From NCBI GenBank assembly GCA_963753125.1, contig CAVWAU010000006.1, forward strand, positions 77,413 to 141,412: a DNA stretch of 64,000 nucleotides. The letters are read 5' to 3'. Positions 28,031 through 38,612 of the stretch are shown piece after piece. The translations under genes were made by a program, and so were the position numbers. The notes under the pieces were generated by a model. The model was not told the DNA's origin and did not search any database. It was given only the letters and a program-made list of their open reading frames with translations. How positions within the stretch are numbered: the stretch's first letter is position 1; every line of letters starts with the position of its first letter. The stretch comes from an uncultured Chloroflexia bacterium. Its GTDB lineage: Bacteria; Chloroflexota; Limnocylindria; QHBO01.

Positions 28031-28666
28031 TCACAGCCCAAACGCATCCGCCACGACAGCCCGGATCGCCTCGTCCGAGGCATCCACCGAGCCCGCTCCA
28101 TCGACAATCCGGAAGCGATCCGGCTCGTCGGCAGCCATCCGCAGGTAGGCCTGTCGCACGCGATCGAAAAAGGCCACCTCTTCGGTGTCCTCGAAGCGGT
28201 TCCATTCCTTGCGCCGCCGCGTCCGCTCCAGGCCGACCTCGACCGGCACGTCGAGGAGGATCGTCAGGTCGGGCCGCAGCCCGGCGGTGGCGAAGTCCTG
28301 GAGGCGGCCCATCTCGTCGGCGTCGTTGCCGTAGCCGGCGCCCTGGTAGGCCATCGACGAGTCGATGAAGCGGGCGCACACCACCCACTCGCCGCGCTCG
28401 AGGGCCGGGCGGATGACGCGCGCGACGTGCTGGGCGCGCGCGGCGGCGTACAGCAATGCATCGGCGCGAGGGTCGAGGTCGTCGCTCATGCCGCGCATGT
28501 GGAGCACGATTCGCCGCACCTCCTCGCCCAGCGGCGTCCCGCCCGGCTCGTGGGTCAGCACGGTCGCGACCTCGCGGCCGCGCAGCCACTCGGCCAGGTG
28601 GCGCGCCGCCGTGGTCTTGCCGCTCCCCTCGGGTCCCTCCAGGGTGATGAACCGGCCGCGGCTCAC
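28031..28666 (-). CDS. tmk: thymidylate kinase
   Basis: FITLEGPEGSGKTT, THEPGGTPLGE, LLYAAARAQH, RFIDSSMAYQG, PDLTILLD. Confidence 0.96.
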   Translation of the reverse strand: MSRGRFITLEGPEGSGKTTAARHLAEWLRGREVATVLTHEPGGTPLGEEVRRIVLHMRGMSDDLDPRADALLYAAARAQHVARVIRPALERGEWVVCARFIDSSMAYQGAGYGNDADEMGRLQDFATAGLRPDLTILLDVPVEVGLERTRRRKEWNRFEDTEEVAFFDRVRQAYLRMAADEPDRFRIVDGAGSVDASDEAIRAVVADAFGL

Positions 28667-28755
28667 GCCGGCGGAATCACGCTGGTCGCGACGAGCGCGA
28701 GCGCCACGAGCGCGAGGATGACGAGCACGACGACCCGCCCGATCCGGCCGCTCAC
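28663..28755 (-). CDS. 30-aa single-TM microprotein ([30 protein letters not shown])
   Basis: Fills the whole gap, with GTGA start/stop overlaps at both ends; one hydrophobic helix preceded by two Arg. Confidence 0.65.
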   Translation of the reverse strand: MSGRIGRVVVLVILALVALALVATSVIPPA

Positions 28756-30554
28756 CGCCAGTTTCCGCCGTCCTCGGGGATCAGCTCGACACGCCGGTTC
28801 GGCTCGGAGCCACGGGAGCGTGACATCAACGCGTTCCGCTCGGCCATCTGGTGCTGGAGCCGCCGGACATAGGCGTTCTGCGGAGCCAGCTCGACCGGCC
28901 GGCCGGAGGCCTGCACCAAGCCGATCGCCTCGGCCGTCTCGCGCAGCGCCGCCTCCTGCGGATCGGCCTCGAGGTCGAAGAGCGAGGCCAGCATGTTCTC
29001 CATCTGGAGCGTCGTGTTCGTCTTGAGCACGTAGATCGGCACGCCGTTCGACTCGGCGTCGCGCAGGGCGGCGGGCTTGCGTTTGTAGTAGTTCCGCAGG
29101 GTGACGACGGCATCGGCCTCGTCGAGGTCGCGGGCGACGTTGACCGGCACGCTGAGCTCGCGCACCGCCTGCTCGAGGCGCTTGCGGCTGACGCCGAAGG
29201 CGAAGACGCTCATCGGCCGCTGCTGGCGCATCCGTTCGGAGGCCGGTCGCTGGGCCCCGACCGGGCGCTCGACCGCGCTGCGCTCGTCCATCTCCGCAAG
29301 GGCCTGCTCGAGCTCTCGGCGCGGGTTGCGCTCCTCCGCCGGCTGGGCGCCGGCGATGCGCTCGCCGGGGAGGGCCCGCGTGCCACGTGTCGCACCGCCG
29401 CCGGCGCCGCCGGGCAGCGGACGCAGGCCACGCTCGTAGCGCGCGCCGGCGGAACCCCGGCCGCTGCGGCCGAAGGCACCGAAGCCGCCGGTCGGCTCGA
29501 GGGGGGCGAAGGCCGGCGTGCCCGACGCCGTCTCGCTGATGCGGTAGTCGTACTTCGTCGTCGCCCGCACACCGCCGGCCTCGTCGCGCGAGCGCGACTC
29601 GGGCGGAACCATGTGGCCGCGCAGGATGGCGTCGACGGTCTCGGCCACGCTGCGGTGGACGATGACGTTGTCGCGCTCGACGATCTCGACGAGCACGTCG
29701 AACGTCGGCGGGGCCTTGCGCTCGAGGACCGTCTTCTGCGTCCCGCGCCGCCGCGCCTCCTCGTCCCCCAGCGTCACCGGCTGGATCCCACCGACCAGGT
29801 CGGAGAGCGTGGGATTCAGCATGAGGTTGTCGAGCGTGTTGCCGTGAGCGGTGCCGACCAGCTGCACGCCGCGCTCGGCGATCGTGCGCGCCGCGCCCGC
29901 CTCCAGCTCGGTCCCGATCTCGTCGATGACGATGACCTCGGGCATGTGGTTCTCGACCGCCTCGATCATCACCGCGTGCTGCTCGGTCGGCGTCCGGACC
30001 TGCATGCGGCGCGCGTCGCCGATGCCGGGGTGCGGGATGTCGCCGTCGCCGGCGATCTCGTTCGAGGTGTCGACCACCACGACCCGCTTACCGAGGTCGT
30101 CGGCCAGGACGCGAGCCACCTCGCGCAGCATCGTCGTCTTGCCGACGCCGGGCCGTCCGAGCAGGAGCACCGACTGCCCGCCCTCGACGATGTCGCGGAT
30201 GATGTCGATCGTCCCGAACACCGCGCGGCCGATGCGACAGGTCAGGCCCACCACCTTGCCCGAGCGGTTGCGGATGGCGCTGATGCGGTGGAGCGTGCGC
30301 TCGATCCCGGCCCGGTTGTCGTCGCCGAAGACGCCGATGTGGTCGATGACGTAGGCGATGTCCGCATCGGTCACCTCGCGGTCGAGGAGGTCCTCCTCGC
30401 CGGTCGTGAAGCGCGCCTCGGGCCGGCGCCCGAGGTCCATGACCACCTCGAGCAGGTCGGTGCGGTTGGACAGCGCGCTCAGGCGCTGGACGATCTCGGG
30501 AGGCAGGGCCTGCATGAGGGCGTCGAGATCGTCGGTCGTCTCGCGGCGTTCCAC
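28752..30554 (-). CDS. SpoIIIAA/Ycf45-like AAA+ ATPase with C-terminal R3H domain
   Basis: [54 protein letters not shown] (R-x3-H). Confidence 0.9.
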   Translation of the reverse strand: MERRETTDDLDALMQALPPEIVQRLSALSNRTDLLEVVMDLGRRPEARFTTGEEDLLDREVTDADIAYVIDHIGVFGDDNRAGIERTLHRISAIRNRSGKVVGLTCRIGRAVFGTIDIIRDIVEGGQSVLLLGRPGVGKTTMLREVARVLADDLGKRVVVVDTSNEIAGDGDIPHPGIGDARRMQVRTPTEQHAVMIEAVENHMPEVIVIDEIGTELEAGAARTIAERGVQLVGTAHGNTLDNLMLNPTLSDLVGGIQPVTLGDEEARRRGTQKTVLERKAPPTFDVLVEIVERDNVIVHRSVAETVDAILRGHMVPPESRSRDEAGGVRATTKYDYRISETASGTPAFAPLEPTGGFGAFGRSGRGSAGARYERGLRPLPGGAGGGATRGTRALPGERIAGAQPAEERNPRRELEQALAEMDERSAVERPVGAQRPASERMRQQRPMSVFAFGVSRKRLEQAVRELSVPVNVARDLDEADAVVTLRNYYKRKPAALRDAESNGVPIYVLKTNTTLQMENMLASLFDLEADPQEAALRETAEAIGLVQASGRPVELAPQNAYVRRLQHQMAERNALMSRSRGSEPNRRVELIPEDGGNWR

Positions 30555-30582
30555 GTGTGCTCGTTACCTCCCTGGTTCGCGG

Positions 30583-31644
30583 TCAGCGGGTGGTGGCCGG
30601 CACCATCGCCGGCTGGCGAACCTGCGCACGCACCTCGCGTACCAGCATCGTCACGCGGCCGATGGGTTCGAAGCCCGTGGCCTCCGCGGCGCGCATGCCC
30701 GCCGACTCGTATGTTCGCACCGGTGACAGGATGCCCGCACCGATCGCGTCGCGCCCGACGCGTCCCAGCACGGCACGCAGGAAGCGCGGCCCGTCGACGC
30801 CGTCGCGCACCAGGAAGCGCAGGTAGTGCGGACCGCCGCGGCTGGTCCCGTGCTGGGCGAATCCGCCGGCGCGTTGCTCGGTCGGCTGGAGCCAGGCGTT
30901 GACCTCGGTGAAGTGGAGGAGCGGGTTGAGCGCCGAGCGCGGCACGATCGCCTCGTGCCCGACCGCCTCCCAGTCGCCGGCGCTGTAGCCCTCGAGCCGG
31001 GCGATCGCCGGCGGCGTGGCGTGGGTCCACAGGTCGAACAGGTGCCAGGCGTCCGGTGCCCCGGCGGCCTGGAGGTCGAGCGTCTCGTCGGCGGCCTCCG
31101 CCCGGGTCGAGCTCCGGCCGTCGCGGCCGATGAAGCGCAGCCAGGAGCGCGGCCCGCGCAGCTGCTCCGGCGGGCGATACCAGATCTCCTCCTGGGCGTA
31201 GGCCATGAACCCGGCCTGCCCGAAGAGCTCGAGGTTGTCGCGCACGTCGGCGCAGGCGGCGTGGAAGCGGGCGACGTCGTGGTTGGCGCCCTCCTCGACG
31301 AGCGCGCGCAGGAGGTCGAAGCGGATCTCGGCCGCCATCGGTCCGTCGGCTGCGTCGAGCTCGGTGATGACCCAGTCGTCGCGATGCGGCTCCTCGATGG
31401 CGCGGCTGGACCCGACCAGGTCGCCATCCACCTCGGCCACGAGATGGACCGATGGCGCGCGCAGCGGCAGCCACGACGGGATGAGGGTCGAGAGGCTGAT
31501 GCGATGCGCATCGGTGCTCGGCGCCGGCACGCCGAGACTGCGTCGGTGGGCGTCGCGGGCGGCGTGGACCCGACGCGACAGGTCGGCCAGCGCCTGGCGA
31601 TCGGTGAGGCGCGCGCTGCGGATCGTCCGCTCGACCTCGATCAC
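30583..31644 (-). CDS. tandem GNAT-fold protein (putative)
   Basis: IRSARLTDRQAL, VAEVDGDLVG, LFGQAGF, and a second repeat ending AAEATGFEPIGRVTMLVRE; GTGA-coupled to pdxT. Confidence 0.55.
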   Translation of the reverse strand: MIEVERTIRSARLTDRQALADLSRRVHAARDAHRRSLGVPAPSTDAHRISLSTLIPSWLPLRAPSVHLVAEVDGDLVGSSRAIEEPHRDDWVITELDAADGPMAAEIRFDLLRALVEEGANHDVARFHAACADVRDNLELFGQAGFMAYAQEEIWYRPPEQLRGPRSWLRFIGRDGRSSTRAEAADETLDLQAAGAPDAWHLFDLWTHATPPAIARLEGYSAGDWEAVGHEAIVPRSALNPLLHFTEVNAWLQPTEQRAGGFAQHGTSRGGPHYLRFLVRDGVDGPRFLRAVLGRVGRDAIGAGILSPVRTYESAGMRAAEATGFEPIGRVTMLVREVRAQVRQPAMVPATTR

Positions 31645-32254
31645 GCCGGGCGTCTCTGTTCCTCGCCGACCATTCGCAGCAGGAGCCGATGCAGGCGTCG
31701 ATCGCCGGTCAGCTCGGGATGGAAGGCGGTGGCCAGGACCCGGCCCTGGCGCACGGCGACCGGGTTGCCGTCGGGGTCGCGCGCCAGCACCTCGGCGTCG
31801 GGCCCCACGTCGGTGACCAGCGGGGCGCGGATGAAGACGCCGTGCAGCCGCTCGTCGCCGAGCTCCGGCACGTCGAGATCGGCCTCGAAGCTGTCGAGCT
31901 GGCGGCCGTAGCCGTTGCGTCGCACCTCGATGTCGAGCAGGCCGAAGTACGGCGCCTCGCCATCGGCCAGGCGTCCGGCCAGCAGGATCATGCCGGCGCA
32001 GGTGCCGTACAGCGGCGCGCCGGCGCGCGCCAGGGCCGCGATCGGCTCGCGGAGGCCGTAAGCGTCGATCAAGCCGCCGCATGCGTGGTCGACTCGCCGC
32101 CTGGCAGGATCAGCGCGTCGAGGCCGACGAGGTCGCGCGGCAGGCGCACCTCCACCGGCTCGGCGCCGATGTCGCGGATGGCGACCACGTGCTCGCGGAC
32201 GGCACCCTGCAGGGCCAGCACGCCGATCCTGGGCACGCTGGCATCGGCACTCAT
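31641..32254 (-). CDS. pdxT: PLP synthase glutaminase subunit; apparent 2-nt frameshift near 32072-32085
   Basis: [45 protein letters not shown]. Confidence 0.93.
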
Positions 32255-32262
32255 CGGTCCGT

Positions 32263-33153
<891 letters not shown>

Positions 33154-33368
33154 TCGAGGCCGCATTCTACTCTCGGCACGCTCGAACGCCCATCGAGGGG
33201 CTCGTCTGGCCCGCCCGATGCCAGTGCAGTTGGCCCTACGACCGACGAACCGATGGATTCGCCTCTTCCTCGGTCGTCGGGCCATCGTGATTGGCCGCTC
33301 GACCGAGGAGCGCGCCGTCATCGGTCACAAGGCCAATCGGGTTGGCGCCGCTGTCTATCCTGTACCCG

Positions 33369-33782
33369 ATGAAGCGCTCGATCGCCCTGCTCGCGCTGCT
33401 GGCGCTGTCCGCCTGCGCGATCACGAGCCGCGAGGCGACCACGGAGCTGCCGGGAACCTCGTGGGCGCTCGTCGACCTCGACGGCGCCGAGCCTGTCGGC
33501 GAGACCCCGCCGAGCATCACCTTCAACGACGACGGCAGCGTGACGGGCACGACCGGCTGCAACACCTTCAACGGCGAGGTCACCATCGAGGGCTCCGAGC
33601 TCACTTTCGGTCCGATGGCCACGACCCGCATGGCGTGCCTGGACGAGGGCGCGAGCCTGCAGGAGCATGCCTTCCTGACGGCCCTGGAGGGCGTGACCGG
33701 CTACACGGTCGACGACGAGGGCCGCCTCGTGCTCGAGGGGGACGCGCCCCTCACCTTCGAGGTCGCTCCCGCAGCCGAGTAG
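33369..33782 (+). CDS. META-domain (HslJ-like) lipoprotein
   Basis: Lipobox LSAC; TSWALVDL, GTTGCNTFNG, GPMATTRMAC. Confidence 0.9.
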   Translation: MKRSIALLALLALSACAITSREATTELPGTSWALVDLDGAEPVGETPPSITFNDDGSVTGTTGCNTFNGEVTIEGSELTFGPMATTRMACLDEGASLQEHAFLTALEGVTGYTVDDEGRLVLEGDAPLTFEVAPAAE

Positions 33783-33856
33783 CCCGCGTCGGGCACTGGA
33801 GCGTGCGCGAGCACGCGGCGTGGACGTTGGTATGATCCGGCGCAGGAAGCGCACGA

Positions 33857-34417
33857 ATGATGATCAACGCACCGGTGCTGGTCCTCAACCAGAACTACGA
33901 GCCGCTCAACGTCTGCGATATCAGGCGTGCCTTCCGGCTGCTCGGCGCCTCGAAGGCCGAGCTGCTCGCGAAGAACCACCAGATGATCCACACGCCGACG
34001 ATCGAGATCCCGGCGCCGTCGGTCATTCGGCTCCAGCACCACGTCAAGCGACCGCAGCCGCGCGTCAAGCTGAGCCGCCGCGAGGTCTTCAGCCGCGACC
34101 GTCACACCTGCCAGTACTGCGGCAAGGTCAGCCGCGACCTGACCATCGACCACGTCACGCCCAAGCACCGCGGCGGACGCCACGAGTGGGAGAACCTCGT
34201 AGCCGCCTGCCGCCCGTGCAACCACCGCAAGGGCGGCAAGACCGTCGCCGAGGCGCGCATGGCGCTGCTCCGTGAGCCGCGCGCGCCGCGCGCGGACCTG
34301 CGCTACATGTTCGGCAGCTATCTCGCCGATGAGCGCAACGACGCCTGGCGCACCTTCCTCTTCCTGGAGCCCCTGCGTCCGGCGAGGTCGACCGCCCCGC
34401 AGGCGCCGACCGCCTAG
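33857..34417 (+). CDS. stand-alone HNH endonuclease
   Basis: VLVLNQNYEPL, RDRHTCQYCG, TIDHVTP, WENLVAACRPCNHRKG; -10 TATGAT at 33831. Confidence 0.92.
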   Translation: MMINAPVLVLNQNYEPLNVCDIRRAFRLLGASKAELLAKNHQMIHTPTIEIPAPSVIRLQHHVKRPQPRVKLSRREVFSRDRHTCQYCGKVSRDLTIDHVTPKHRGGRHEWENLVAACRPCNHRKGGKTVAEARMALLREPRAPRADLRYMFGSYLADERNDAWRTFLFLEPLRPARSTAPQAPTA

Positions 34418-34827
34418 GCCGTCCGGCCCGCGCCCTCGCCGACGGCCATCGCCTCGGCAACTTCGGGGGAGTCGTACTCCCAGACCGGTCGAACCTCGAT
34501 GGCGCCCCACTTGGCGCCGGGGCACGCCGCGGCGAGCTCGAGCGCCTCGTCGAGGTCTCGCGCCTCGACCAGGTAGAAGCCGCCTAGCGCCTCCTTGGCC
34601 TCGATGAACGGCCCGTCGGTGATGATCGTCTTGCCGTCCTCGACGCGCACCGTCGTGGCCGTCGGATTCGGCTGGAGGGCCTCGCCGCCCAGGTAGATGC
34701 CGCGGTCGCGGAGCATCTGGGTGTACTCGGTGTACTCCCTCGTGACCTGGGCCGCGACCTCGGGGGCGGGCGGCTCGGGCGATGGATGGGCGGTCTCGCC
34801 GCCGACGATGAGGAACGCGTAGCGCAT
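34414..34827 (-). CDS. YciI-family (DGPF) protein
   Basis: TDGPFIEAKEALGGFYLVEARDLDEAL...IEVRPV. Confidence 0.92.
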   Translation of the reverse strand: MRYAFLIVGGETAHPSPEPPAPEVAAQVTREYTEYTQMLRDRGIYLGGEALQPNPTATTVRVEDGKTIITDGPFIEAKEALGGFYLVEARDLDEALELAAACPGAKWGAIEVRPVWEYDSPEVAEAMAVGEGAGRTA

Positions 34828-34945
34828 ATCGGTACCTCCGGAAGAGTCGGCGGCGCGGGTGGCCGCTCCTGCCATCAACGACGATCGGGATCGGCGCCGA
34901 TCGACATCGGTCGCCGCCCCGCGGCGCGGTCCTAGTATGCGCGTC

Positions 34946-36301
34946 ATGCCCGGCGAGCTGGTCTACCCCGAACTGCCCGAGCGCGTACTCCACGTGCTCC
35001 GGACCTTGGCCGATGCCGGCCACGAGGTCGCGCTCGTCGGCGGAGTTGTGCGAGACCGCCTCCTCGGCCTCCCGCATGACGGCGAGTGGGACGCCGCGAC
35101 TGCCGCGCTCCCCGAGGAGGTCGTCGCCCTCTTCGAAGGCGCGACCTGGGAGAATCGGTTCGGGACGGTCACCATCGGTTCCCATCGGCCGGTCGAGATC
35201 ACCTCGTACCGCGCCGAGGGCGCGTACCGCGACCGGCGCCGCCCAGACGAGGTCCGCTTCGGCGTCTCGCTGACCGAGGACCTCGCGCGGCGCGACTTCA
35301 CGATCAACGCCATGGCCTGGCTGCCGATCGACCTGGACGCGCGCCGCGGCGCGCTGGTCGACCCGCACGCCGGGCAGGACGACCTCGACGCGCGCGTCCT
35401 GCGTGCCGTGGGCGATCCCCGGGAGCGGTTCGCCGAGGACGCGCTGCGCCTGATTCGTGCGGCGCGCTTCGCCGGGCGCCTCGAGCTGACGATCGAGGAG
35501 GCCACCGACGAGGCGATCCGCGAGCTGGCACCGACGGCGGCAACGGTTTCGGCCGAGCGGGTGCGTGACGAGCTGCTGCGCATCCTGGCCCGCGACCCGG
35601 TGCCGTCCCGCGCAATCGGCATCCTCGAACGGCACGGGCTCCTGGCCATCATCCTGCCCGAGCTCGCCGCGCTGCGCGGCGTCCCGCAAGCGAAGGCGCT
35701 TCCCGGCGACGCGCTCGACCACTCCCTCCGTGCCGCGGACGCCGCCCCGCCGGACGATCCCCCGGCGCTGCGCCTGGCCGCGCTCCTCCACGACCTCGGC
35801 AAGGCCGAGACCCTGCGCGGGGGCCACTTCATCGGCCACGAGAAGGTCTCCGCCGAGCTCGCGACCGGTGTCCTGGTCCGCCTGCGCGTGCCGCGGGTTA
35901 TCACCGAGCGCGTCGTCGGAGCCATCCGTCACCACATGTACGACTACGACTCGACCTGGACCGATGCCGCAGTGCGCCGATTCGTCCGCCGCCTCGACGG
36001 CGTCGACCGTGACCTCCTGTTCGCGCTGCGTCGCGCCGACAACGCGGCGTCGGGCGTGGGGCCGGCCGGCGACGCCAACCAGGCCGAGCTCGAGGCGCGC
36101 ATCGCCGAGCAGGTTTCCGCCGAGCCCGCGTTGCTGGTGGAGCATCGGCTGGCGATCGACGGCCACGACCTCCAGCGCGAGCTGGGCATGCAGCCGGGAC
36201 CGGAGATCGGTGCCGTTCTCGATCGGCTCACCGAGATCGTTCTCGACGACCCGAGCCAGAACCGGCGGGACATCCTGCTCGAACGCGCGCGTCGGCGGTG
36301 A
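34946..36301 (+). CDS. cca: CCA tRNA nucleotidyltransferase with HD domain
   Basis: VGGVVRD..D.D, DLARRDFTINAMA, FAEDALRLIRAARF, VSAERVRDEL, LLHDLGK; -10 TAGTAT 7 nt before ATG 34946. Confidence 0.88.
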   Translation: MPGELVYPELPERVLHVLRTLADAGHEVALVGGVVRDRLLGLPHDGEWDAATAALPEEVVALFEGATWENRFGTVTIGSHRPVEITSYRAEGAYRDRRRPDEVRFGVSLTEDLARRDFTINAMAWLPIDLDARRGALVDPHAGQDDLDARVLRAVGDPRERFAEDALRLIRAARFAGRLELTIEEATDEAIRELAPTAATVSAERVRDELLRILARDPVPSRAIGILERHGLLAIILPELAALRGVPQAKALPGDALDHSLRAADAAPPDDPPALRLAALLHDLGKAETLRGGHFIGHEKVSAELATGVLVRLRVPRVITERVVGAIRHHMYDYDSTWTDAAVRRFVRRLDGVDRDLLFALRRADNAASGVGPAGDANQAELEARIAEQVSAEPALLVEHRLAIDGHDLQRELGMQPGPEIGAVLDRLTEIVLDDPSQNRRDILLERARRR

Positions 36302-36437
36302 CGGCGCGCACCGTCGGGCGGGCTGGACCGATGTGGACCGGCCGATGCCGAGAGTCACGCTGCTACAATCGGCCGTCCAGACCATGTCTGGATCGTCCTC
36401 ACCCACCGCCGAGCACAATCGGAGGGACCCCGCTCCG

Positions 36438-37130
36438 ATGACCTTGACCGGCCGACGCCCGCTCCGGGTCGAGCACCGGTTGACGCAGCCAAATGCGTCG
36501 CTTGCCGACCTTGCCGCGGCAGTCGGGCTTGCCACCGAACACGAGCTGGCCGCGCTGACGGTGAGCCCGTGGCTGGTCAAGGCGGCGAAGCGGACATTGG
36601 GCCGGTCGCGGGTGACCCTCGGCACGGTGGTCGGCTTCCCGCACGGCGGCCAGCTGCTGAGCGTCAAGGCCTTCGAGGCCTCGAAAGCGCTCGAGCAGGG
36701 CGCCACCCAGATCGACTTCGTGCTCAACAGCGGGGCGCTCGTGTCCGGCGACGACGAGACCGTCTTCAACGACATGCTGGCGGTGGTCGACATGGCTCAC
36801 TCGGCGCTGGCCGCGGCCGGCGTGATCGTCGGGACCGATCCGCTGGCCGAGGACCTGGTGCGTCGGGCATGCCACCTCGCCGAACGGGCCGGCGCCGACT
36901 ACGTCGTCACCGGAGCGGGTCTCGCCAGCGCGAGCGCCACCGTCGCCCGCACGCGGCTCCTGCGTGACAGCGTCGGGCCGCGCATCGGGGTCAAGGCCAG
37001 TGGCCGCTTCCGCAGGCTCGAGGAGCTCACCGACGCCGTCGCGGCCGGGGCAACGCGGGTCTCCAGCCAGCTGACACCGGCCCTGGCGCGCACCGTCACC
37101 GGCGAGCCTGCCGCCGCGCTGGCCCGCTAG
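36438..37130 (+). CDS. DeoC-like TIM-barrel protein lacking the catalytic Schiff-base lysine
   Basis: VVGFPHG, GATQIDFVLN, GVKASG, GATRV are DeoC-like, but AGADYVVTGAG replaces AGADFxKTSTG. Confidence 0.8.
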   Translation: MTLTGRRPLRVEHRLTQPNASLADLAAAVGLATEHELAALTVSPWLVKAAKRTLGRSRVTLGTVVGFPHGGQLLSVKAFEASKALEQGATQIDFVLNSGALVSGDDETVFNDMLAVVDMAHSALAAAGVIVGTDPLAEDLVRRACHLAERAGADYVVTGAGLASASATVARTRLLRDSVGPRIGVKASGRFRRLEELTDAVAAGATRVSSQLTPALARTVTGEPAAALAR

Positions 37131-37149
37131 GAAGAGGGGAGAGCGTGGA

Positions 37150-38190
37150 TTGAAGATTCTCGTCGTCGGCGGCGCGGGCTACGTGGGCTCCACGAGCGTC
37201 GAGCGCTTCGTCGAGCGCGGGCACGAGGTCGTCGTCTACGACAACCTGACGAGCGGCCACGCGGCCGCTGTGCCGGATGGCGCCACCCTGGTGGTGGGCG
37301 ACCTGGCCGACCGCATGCAGCTGCGCCACATCCTCTCCGACGGCGTCGACGCGGTCCTCCATTGCGCGGCGCGCTCGCTGGTGGGCGAGTCGATGGAGAA
37401 CCCGGGCGCCTACTACCGCACCAACGTCGCCCACGGCGTGTCGCTGCTCGAGGCGATGCGCGATGCCGGCATCGCGCGCCTGGTGTACAGCTCGACCGCC
37501 GCGGTGTACGGCGAGCCGCGGCGGGTCCCGATCGCCGAGGCCGATCGCACCCAGCCGATCAACCCCTACGGCGAGACGAAGCTCGCCTTCGAGGGCGCGA
37601 TGCGCTGGTTCTGCGCAGCGCACGACCTGCGCGCCATCAGCCTGCGGTACTTCAACGTGGCCGGCGCAACCGAGCGCAACGGCGAGGACCACGACCCGGA
37701 GACGCACCTCATGCCGCTGATCCTGCGGGTGGCGGCGGGCGAGGCGACCCATGTCCAGATCTACGGGCAGGACTACCCGACGCCCGACGGCACATGCATC
37801 CGCGACTTCATCCACGTCCGCGACCTTGCCGACGGCCACCTGCTGGCGCTCGAAGCCACAGCCGAAGCCGATCCGTCGCTCGAGGTCTACAACCTCGGCT
37901 CGGCCGCCGGCTTCAGCGTCCGCGAGGTGGTCGAGGCCGCGCGGCGCGTCACCGGGCGCCCGGTGCCGGCGCGTGCCGTCAAGCGTCGAGTCGGCGACCC
38001 GCCCGTGCTGGTGGCGTCATCGCGCCGGGCGCGCCGCGAGCTCGGCTGGCATCCGACCCACTCGACGCTGGAGCACATGCTGGCCGACGCCTGGACCTGG
38101 CGCCAGAAGCACCCCGGCGGCTACGCCGATCGCAACGCGGGCGGACAGACCTCGATGGCACAGCGCAAGCAGATCGCGACCGCGGGCTAG
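37150..38190 (+). CDS. galE: UDP-glucose 4-epimerase
   Basis: GGAGYVGS, YSSTAAVYG, YGETK, LRYFNVAGA, DGTCIRDFIHV. Confidence 0.95.
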   Translation: MKILVVGGAGYVGSTSVERFVERGHEVVVYDNLTSGHAAAVPDGATLVVGDLADRMQLRHILSDGVDAVLHCAARSLVGESMENPGAYYRTNVAHGVSLLEAMRDAGIARLVYSSTAAVYGEPRRVPIAEADRTQPINPYGETKLAFEGAMRWFCAAHDLRAISLRYFNVAGATERNGEDHDPETHLMPLILRVAAGEATHVQIYGQDYPTPDGTCIRDFIHVRDLADGHLLALEATAEADPSLEVYNLGSAAGFSVREVVEAARRVTGRPVPARAVKRRVGDPPVLVASSRRARRELGWHPTHSTLEHMLADAWTWRQKHPGGYADRNAGGQTSMAQRKQIATAG

Positions 38191-38612
38191 CCCCGCCGCG
38201 CGCAGCTCGCGCACAGCCCGTAGAAGTCGACCCGCGCGTCGTCGATCCGGAACCCGAGGTTGACCGCCACGCGCTCCGCGACCGGCCTGATGTAGGCCTC
38301 GTCGATCTCCTCGACGCGCCCGCATCGGTCACAGGCGAGGTGGTGGTGGTGCTCCGGGCGGCAGGCGACGTAGCCATAGACGTGTCCATCCAGCTCGAGG
38401 CGCCGAGCGACGCCGGCGGCGACGAGCGCCTCCAGGGTGCGGAAGACGGTCGCGCGGCCGATGCTCGGGTCACGCCGATGCAGCCGCCCGTACAGGTCCT
38501 GGGCCGAGATCTGGCGGCCAGCCGCGGTCAGCGCGTCGGCCACCGCGAGACGCTGGCGCGTGACGCGCTCGCCGGCCCCGCGCAGCCGATCGGCCGTGGA
38601 GGTCGCAGTCAA
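38187..38612 (-). CDS. Fur-family regulator, probably Zur
   Basis: TRQRLAV, ATVFRTL, HHHHLACDRCG, GLCASC; coupled downstream of a ZIP transporter. Confidence 0.88.
   Translation of the reverse strand: MTATSTADRLRGAGERVTRQRLAVADALTAAGRQISAQDLYGRLHRRDPSIGRATVFRTLEALVAAGVARRLELDGHVYGYVACRPEHHHHLACDRCGRVEEIDEAYIRPVAERVAVNLGFRIDDARVDFYGLCASCARRG

Noticed and set aside
33857-34417. HNH nuclease as part of a defence or mobile system
   Set aside because: Solitary, with no methylase, immunity gene, repeat array or intron context; matches the common stand-alone HNH type.
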